This document shows positions 60,825 through 64,000 of a DNA stretch of 64,000 bases, piece after piece. The translations under genes were made by a program, and so were the position numbers. The first letter of the stretch is position 1, and every line of letters begins with the position of its first letter. The stretch covers positions 1,312,001 to 1,376,000 of the forward strand of contig CAWJCS010000006.1 in NCBI GenBank assembly GCA_963841435.1, in the 5' to 3' direction. The notes beneath the pieces were generated by a model. The model did not search any database, was not told the origin of the DNA, and worked only from the letters and a program-made list of their open reading frames with translations. Source of the DNA: an uncultured delta proteobacterium (GTDB lineage: Bacteria > Myxococcota_A > Polyangia > Polyangiales > Polyangiaceae).

Positions 60825-61511
60825 TCAGAGGACCAGCACATAGCCGGCACGGACGAAAAGCTCCCAGGTCGAGAATCGGTAGGACTCGCGAGCGTCGAAG
60901 GCGGGCTGGTCGGGGACGTAGGCATGGCGCTCGAGCCATAGCCAGGCGTGGCTCACGTTGACCCCCACGAAGGCACCGAGGTACTTTCGGGGCATGAATC
61001 GGCCCGATAGGCCGGCGCCCAGATGAAATCCGAGGCCCGGCGGATAGTCCTCGTGGAAGGTTCGGTGCGACGGAGGGTCGAGCAGTCCGAGCGATGGGCC
61101 GAGGTCCACGCCGAAGCACGCCTCGATACGGTGGTCGTCGTCCGTCCAACGTCGGATCTCGGGCCCGATCGCCAGGTCGAAGCGCGTGCGGCCCTCATCG
61201 GCCAGGACGGACCAGTCGTCACGCCAGGTGCGGTAGCGGAGCGCCGCGACGAGGGCAAAGCTGCTCTCGCCGAGCGGATGGGAGTAGCCGAGCGACGCCC
61301 CCCATCCTCCCGAAGATCCTTGGGAGCCCCATTCGTCGCCGGCGATCGACAGGGTGTTGTACGTGGTCCCGAAGGCCCCGCCCAACAGAACCTGAGGTCG
61401 ATGCGGCGGGCCGCTCGACGCCGGGTCCTGCTGCGCAGCGGCGTGGCTCGTGTGCACGAGCGCAGCGAGCGCAACCGGGGCGATGGCGTGCGGCTTCAAT
61501 GAGGCGCGCAA
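60825..61511 (-). CDS. Outer-membrane beta-barrel protein
   Basis: Signal peptide ending AAA-Q; amphipathic strands ending VRAGYVLVL. Confidence 0.65.
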   Translation of the reverse strand: MRASLKPHAIAPVALAALVHTSHAAAQQDPASSGPPHRPQVLLGGAFGTTYNTLSIAGDEWGSQGSSGGWGASLGYSHPLGESSFALVAALRYRTWRDDWSVLADEGRTRFDLAIGPEIRRWTDDDHRIEACFGVDLGPSLGLLDPPSHRTFHEDYPPGLGFHLGAGLSGRFMPRKYLGAFVGVNVSHAWLWLERHAYVPDQPAFDARESYRFSTWELFVRAGYVLVL

Positions 61512-62413
61512 GCTCCCTTCGGCAGCGGACGCTCATAGTCCCAGGTCGTCGTGATCGGAGCCGGGTTGACGTAGAGCCGGTCACCCACGTCGTACAAAAA
61601 GGCGGTGGATTCGTCGTTCTGGTAGAAATGGTTGTCGTCCCCGGGCCAGTACACGACGACGGGGTCGAGGCCGGGAGCCGACAGCACGAGGGCACCGCAG
61701 TCTTCGCTCGCACTGATCGCCGTCCCTTTCCAGGGCTCGACGACAGCGCACGTGCCTGCGACGAAGTCCATACCCGAGAGCGCGGCTCTCGGATCGGCCT
61801 CCGCGGCCAGGCAGTCGATCGGCTCTGCCGGAACGTACCGCTCGATGACGATTGTCTCGCGCGTGTGGTTCATGAGGATCGGCAAGGCCGATTCACCGTC
61901 CTCCGGGATAGCCGTCGTGGCGACGCACGCCAATCCTCCGAGGGCGACCCCCATCCGGTCGTTCCACGTGGCTCGAGGGGACATGGTCCCGCCGCGCGGC
62001 GCGGCACTCATCAAACGAAACGCGACCGGCAGAACCGCGAGCGCCGTGAGATCGCTCGGGTCGCACCAGACGCGCGCCCGGATGCCCAGCGCCCCGAATA
62101 GCGCCTCCGCCGCATCGGCGGCTGGCCGGCTGAGCTGAATGAGCGAAAATCCGGCGGCCACGCTGCCGAGGATCGCGAGCCGCCCCGCATCGGTCCGTGC
62201 GCGGAGCGATGCCGCAAGGAGCAAGGGCAACACCAAGAGCCCCGCAAAGTCACTCAGCTTCCCGGTGAGCCACCCCGGCAGCCAGCCGCCGCCCTTGAGC
62301 ACGTGATCGTTCACGAGCAAGACCGCGAGCGAAATCCAGAACGGCGCCCCGAGACTCGAGGATGCGACCGACCCAACCCAGCGTAAGCGCTTGGAGTCGT
62401 TCGGCATGGCCAC
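61496..62413 (-). CDS. Membrane protein with NDH.LK...TGKLSDFAG domain plus soluble C-terminal domain
   Basis: LLVNDHVLKG...PGWLTGKLSDFAGL, DPSDL.AL. Confidence 0.7.
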   Translation of the reverse strand: MAMPNDSKRLRWVGSVASSSLGAPFWISLAVLLVNDHVLKGGGWLPGWLTGKLSDFAGLLVLPLLLAASLRARTDAGRLAILGSVAAGFSLIQLSRPAADAAEALFGALGIRARVWCDPSDLTALAVLPVAFRLMSAAPRGGTMSPRATWNDRMGVALGGLACVATTAIPEDGESALPILMNHTRETIVIERYVPAEPIDCLAAEADPRAALSGMDFVAGTCAVVEPWKGTAISASEDCGALVLSAPGLDPVVVYWPGDDNHFYQNDESTAFLYDVGDRLYVNPAPITTTWDYERPLPKGACAPH

Positions 62414-63034
62414 TCAGGGAAACGCGAGCGTCGCGACCGTGAGCTCGTCCCGTTGGTCGGGTGCTGCGCTCGGATGACCCGAGAAGCGCAGGATGCCGCT
62501 CGTCGGCGCGTCGGCGCCTTGCTCCCAGTCGAGGGCGACCACGAGCGACGAGTCGGCGTACGCTTCGACGTCGATGGGCAGATGCGACGCTACGTCGCCT
62601 TGCCATGTCCAGTCCGGCATGCCCGAAGGAGTCACGGCAGGCGGGGGATTCGCCGCGGGGCCTTCGGGTAGCGTGGCGTCGAGGATCGCTGAAACTTGCT
62701 CGTCGAGGCCACCATCGTCCGTCTGCAATGTGACGGTGCCGTAGGCGTAGACCCCCGGCACGCCGTTGCACGACCCAAAGATCGCCGGATCGTCGTCGTC
62801 GGCGACGGTCAGCGTGAGACCGGTCGTGCTGCCGGAAGCCCAGGTGAGGCTACCCTCGAAGGTTCCAAAGTACGGCGCGAGCAGCGCTTGCGCGTCGTGG
62901 CCGCGATAGCTTGCCCCAGGCTCGAGCGGGTGCTGCGTGCCATCGCAAGGTGGGGAAGACGAGCTTTCCTGTTCCGCGAGCGGGCAGGCGCTCAGCAAGG
63001 CGAGTGGCAACGCGAGGAGGACGAAACGGAACAT
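62414..63034 (-). CDS. Hypothetical lipoprotein
   Basis: MFRFVLLALPLALLSAC lipobox. Confidence 0.7.
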   Translation of the reverse strand: MFRFVLLALPLALLSACPLAEQESSSSPPCDGTQHPLEPGASYRGHDAQALLAPYFGTFEGSLTWASGSTTGLTLTVADDDDPAIFGSCNGVPGVYAYGTVTLQTDDGGLDEQVSAILDATLPEGPAANPPPAVTPSGMPDWTWQGDVASHLPIDVEAYADSSLVVALDWEQGADAPTSGILRFSGHPSAAPDQRDELTVATLAFP

Positions 63035-63254
63035 CCGCACCGATCCATGCCAGCGTCTGATCGTCATGGGCCCTCGAGCAAGCAACGGCCGTGCCTGTCC
63101 GTTCCTCGGGCAGAAGTCACCAACGGCAGGCTCCGCCGTGACATTCGGATCAGCCGGCTGGTCCGGCCCGCGTTCCGGTGCCGACTCCTCCGACCCCGGT
63201 GAAATGGCGCTGTTTGGGGCCTGCGGAAACCCTTTCCCAACGTAGGATGCGCCC

Positions 63255-64000
63255 ATGCGACTCGCCGAGCTCGTCGGCACTCTTTCGATGGCGGTCGACG
63301 CCGGTACCGGCGTACCCGATCATCATTCGCTGCGCGGCGCGATCCTCGCGGTGCGGCTCGCGCGCCTCGTGAGCTCGGACGACGAGATCGCTCGGCAGGC
63401 GTACTACCTGCCGTCTGCTCGCCATGGCGGGGTGCACGGCCGGGTCGGACATTTCCGCGCGCGCGTTCGGCGACGAGGTGGCGATCGGCACCGAAGCCTA
63501 CGGGCTCGATTACGGCAGCCCAGCCGAGATGCTGCCGGTCATGATGCGTCTGGTGCTTCGTGGCCGCGGCCCCTTGAGCGCCCTACGGGCTCTGGGGCGC
63601 TCGCTGAACAATCTCCCGAAGACCGTGGAAGTCGGTCGGGCACACTGCGAGGTGGCGACGCACCTGGCCGAGCGCTTCGGCTTCGATGAGCCTTTTCGGG
63701 CTGCGCTCTTCCAGGCTTTCGAGCGCTGGGACGGCAGCGGCAAGCCGCTCAAGCCAAGGGGCGAGGCGATCGCGTTGGGGATGCGCATTGCCCAGGTGGC
63801 GATCGATGCCAACATCGGCCACCGGTTGGGCGGCGTGGACGGCGCCGTGGCCCTCGTGCGCAAGCGCGCGAAGCGAGGCCTCGATCCCGAGCTCGTCGAG
63901 AGGTTCGCTGCGGCCGCCGCCGATGTCTGCGCGCCGCTCGGTGACCCGTCGCCCTGGGCGGCCGCGCTCGCCGCGGAACCGGAACCCCACCGAACCGTCG
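63255..64000 (+). CDS. HD-GYP-like domain regulator (3' end outside window), frameshifted near 63414
   Basis: MRLAELVGTLSMAVD; removing one T gives LLAMAGCTA...HCEVA...ERWDGSGKP...RIAQVA...LDPELV. Confidence 0.8.

Noticed and set aside
1-64000. Many long antisense or alternate-frame ORFs (e.g. 28364-30511, 38469-40121, 26781-28424, the 5' part of 32877-35186)
   Set aside because: They are Arg/Ala/Pro-rich shadows of real genes, expected in high-GC DNA, with no family motifs

Overview
GC-rich bacterial chromosomal DNA, most likely from Myxococcota/Polyangiaceae; this is inferred from MYXO-CTERM sorting tails, many Gly/Ser-linker lipoproteins, and LacI-type and STAS/SEC14-like orphan sensors. 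The window opens with the housekeeping tig-clpP-clpX-lon block. It continues with a MIF tautomerase, a DEAD-box helicase, tRNA-Val(UAC), NDH-2, a lysine-catabolism locus, an ECF sigma/anti-sigma pair, cydAB, a PQQ sugar dehydrogenase/cytochrome c pair and an MscS-MgtE operon. It ends with a long run of secreted proteins and lipoproteins. I saw no CRISPR array, rRNA, integrase or transposase. The best candidates for undescribed biology are: (1) a tandem two-domain AetD-like heme-oxygenase-like diiron enzyme (51037-52635), next to a STAS/SEC14-like protein, a DUF5765-like membrane protein and an O-methyltransferase; (2) a VOC-fold protein with an apparent 2-His-1-Glu triad, transcribed divergently from lysine 6-dehydrogenase/amaB, which may be a divergent 2-oxoadipate dioxygenase; (3) a tethered Pseudomonas mendocina-cutinase-like polyesterase. 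Five single-base frameshifts in otherwise intact genes suggest long-read indel errors. All family assignments come from motif recognition by eye, not database searches, and many start codons were re-picked from the ORF track.
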